Origin: Squalus acanthias
Taxonomy: Eukaryota
Length of the DNA stretch: 64,000 nucleotides
Assembly: GCA_030390025.1 (NCBI GenBank)
Contig: CM059431.1
Coordinates: 119,662,001 to 119,726,000, forward strand
Direction: 5' to 3'
The translations under genes were made by a program, and so were the position numbers. The notes under the pieces are model-generated. The model was not told the DNA's origin. It searched no databases and saw nothing but the letters and a program-made list of their open reading frames with translations. Shown one piece after another: positions 63,053 to 64,000 of the stretch; within the stretch, counting starts at the first letter, position 1; each line of letters starts with the position of its first letter.

Positions 63053-63489
63053 CAATCCAGCCCTCTTATTTCAATGCTCAATCATGCAACTTGTTAGCGT
63101 CTTGTGCTTGACTGGATTTCCTCAAAGTACAGGGTATATTTGATCCAGCCTTATGTGCCTCTGTGCACAATCTCATGCCATTCATGAACCACAAGGACTT
63201 CCATTCTATTAGTATGTCGGTTGCCTTCATTTTATGGCAATCTACACCACCAGGATTATTTGATGGAGAAAGAAGTGTGCAGGGAGAACTCTTTAGTGAT
63301 TTAGGAGTGAATTTCCACGAGGATTTTCCTCCTTGCCCTCCGGATCTTTGGCGGAAAAACTGCGGAAATCCTTGGAAAACGGTATAAGTGCCATTTACAC
63401 AAGTGCATCTTTTTCTTCAGTGCTCACTAGGATTGCTCCCTATACACAAGCACTGTTCTCTTCCCCTTAAATGTGCTGCCTTGACCCCT

Positions 63490-63835
63490 TTTCTCATATT
63501 CCCATTCTTGACCCCTCCAACTATCACCCCAAGTCGAATCCCAAGCTCTCTTGGCTGCTCTTCACCCAGCTCCATGCTCAGCCCTTTCAAAATTTCCTTG
63601 CCAATCCCTTAAATCTGGATTTCACCTTTAGCTGTCTCAGTTTGACTATCTGTCACTCCCTCGCAAATGTCCTCTGCCTTGCTACTTCTCTCTCCTTTAA
63701 AAGCCTTTTCAAATTTCTATCTCTTTAACCATGCATTCTGCCATCTGTCCCAACTCTTCCACTATTGCTTAGCATTTGTTTCGCCTCTGTGAAGTACCTT
63801 GGGATATTTACTATGCTAAAGACCTGTTGTTGTTT
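63490..63835 (+). mobile_element. L2 LINE 3' end, degenerate
   Basis: Tail CCTCTGTGAAGTACCTTGGGATATTTACTATGCTAAAG...(TGT)n resembles L2 3' ends. Confidence 0.6.
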
Positions 63836-64000
63836 CCCTGAGGAAATTATTATTGATGAGATGTGTAGAGGAGGGGATTGAGATTGACCCATTCCTAGTA
63901 AGATCAGTATAACCTGATTAATCAGTATAACTGGTGCTACAGCAATGGGCAACATGGGTGTACATTATAACCATAATTGACTTACTGGCTTCCAGGGATT

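Overview
Vertebrate genomic DNA, most likely from a cartilaginous fish. That assignment is inferred from the repeat content: abundant CR1 LINEs, DeuSINE/SacSINE1-like SINEs, L2 remnants and Penelope-type hairpins. No host protein-coding exon could be recognised; the window is a dense, nested transposon landscape. (1) A complete two-gene PIF/Harbinger transposon at 31424-35577 has 16-bp perfect TIRs, an ATT TSD, an intact DDE transposase and a convergent 3-exon Myb/SANT gene. (2) A second Harbinger family is present twice: 1-2732 with an intact 383-aa transposase, and 43312-46546 with a 668-bp deletion. (3) There are many non-autonomous Harbinger derivatives. (4) A ~13.2-kb insertion (~38991-52210) splits a CR1 and carries a decayed, intron-containing ZSWIM3-like Mutator (MULE) transposase gene with SWIM-like and C-terminal PHD-finger regions. 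(5) Four solo LTRs of three families have TG...CA ends and 4-bp TSDs, plus one truncated LTR copy. (6) Penelope-type insertions carry minimal hammerhead ribozyme cores. All family assignments come from motif recognition by eye; no database searches were run.
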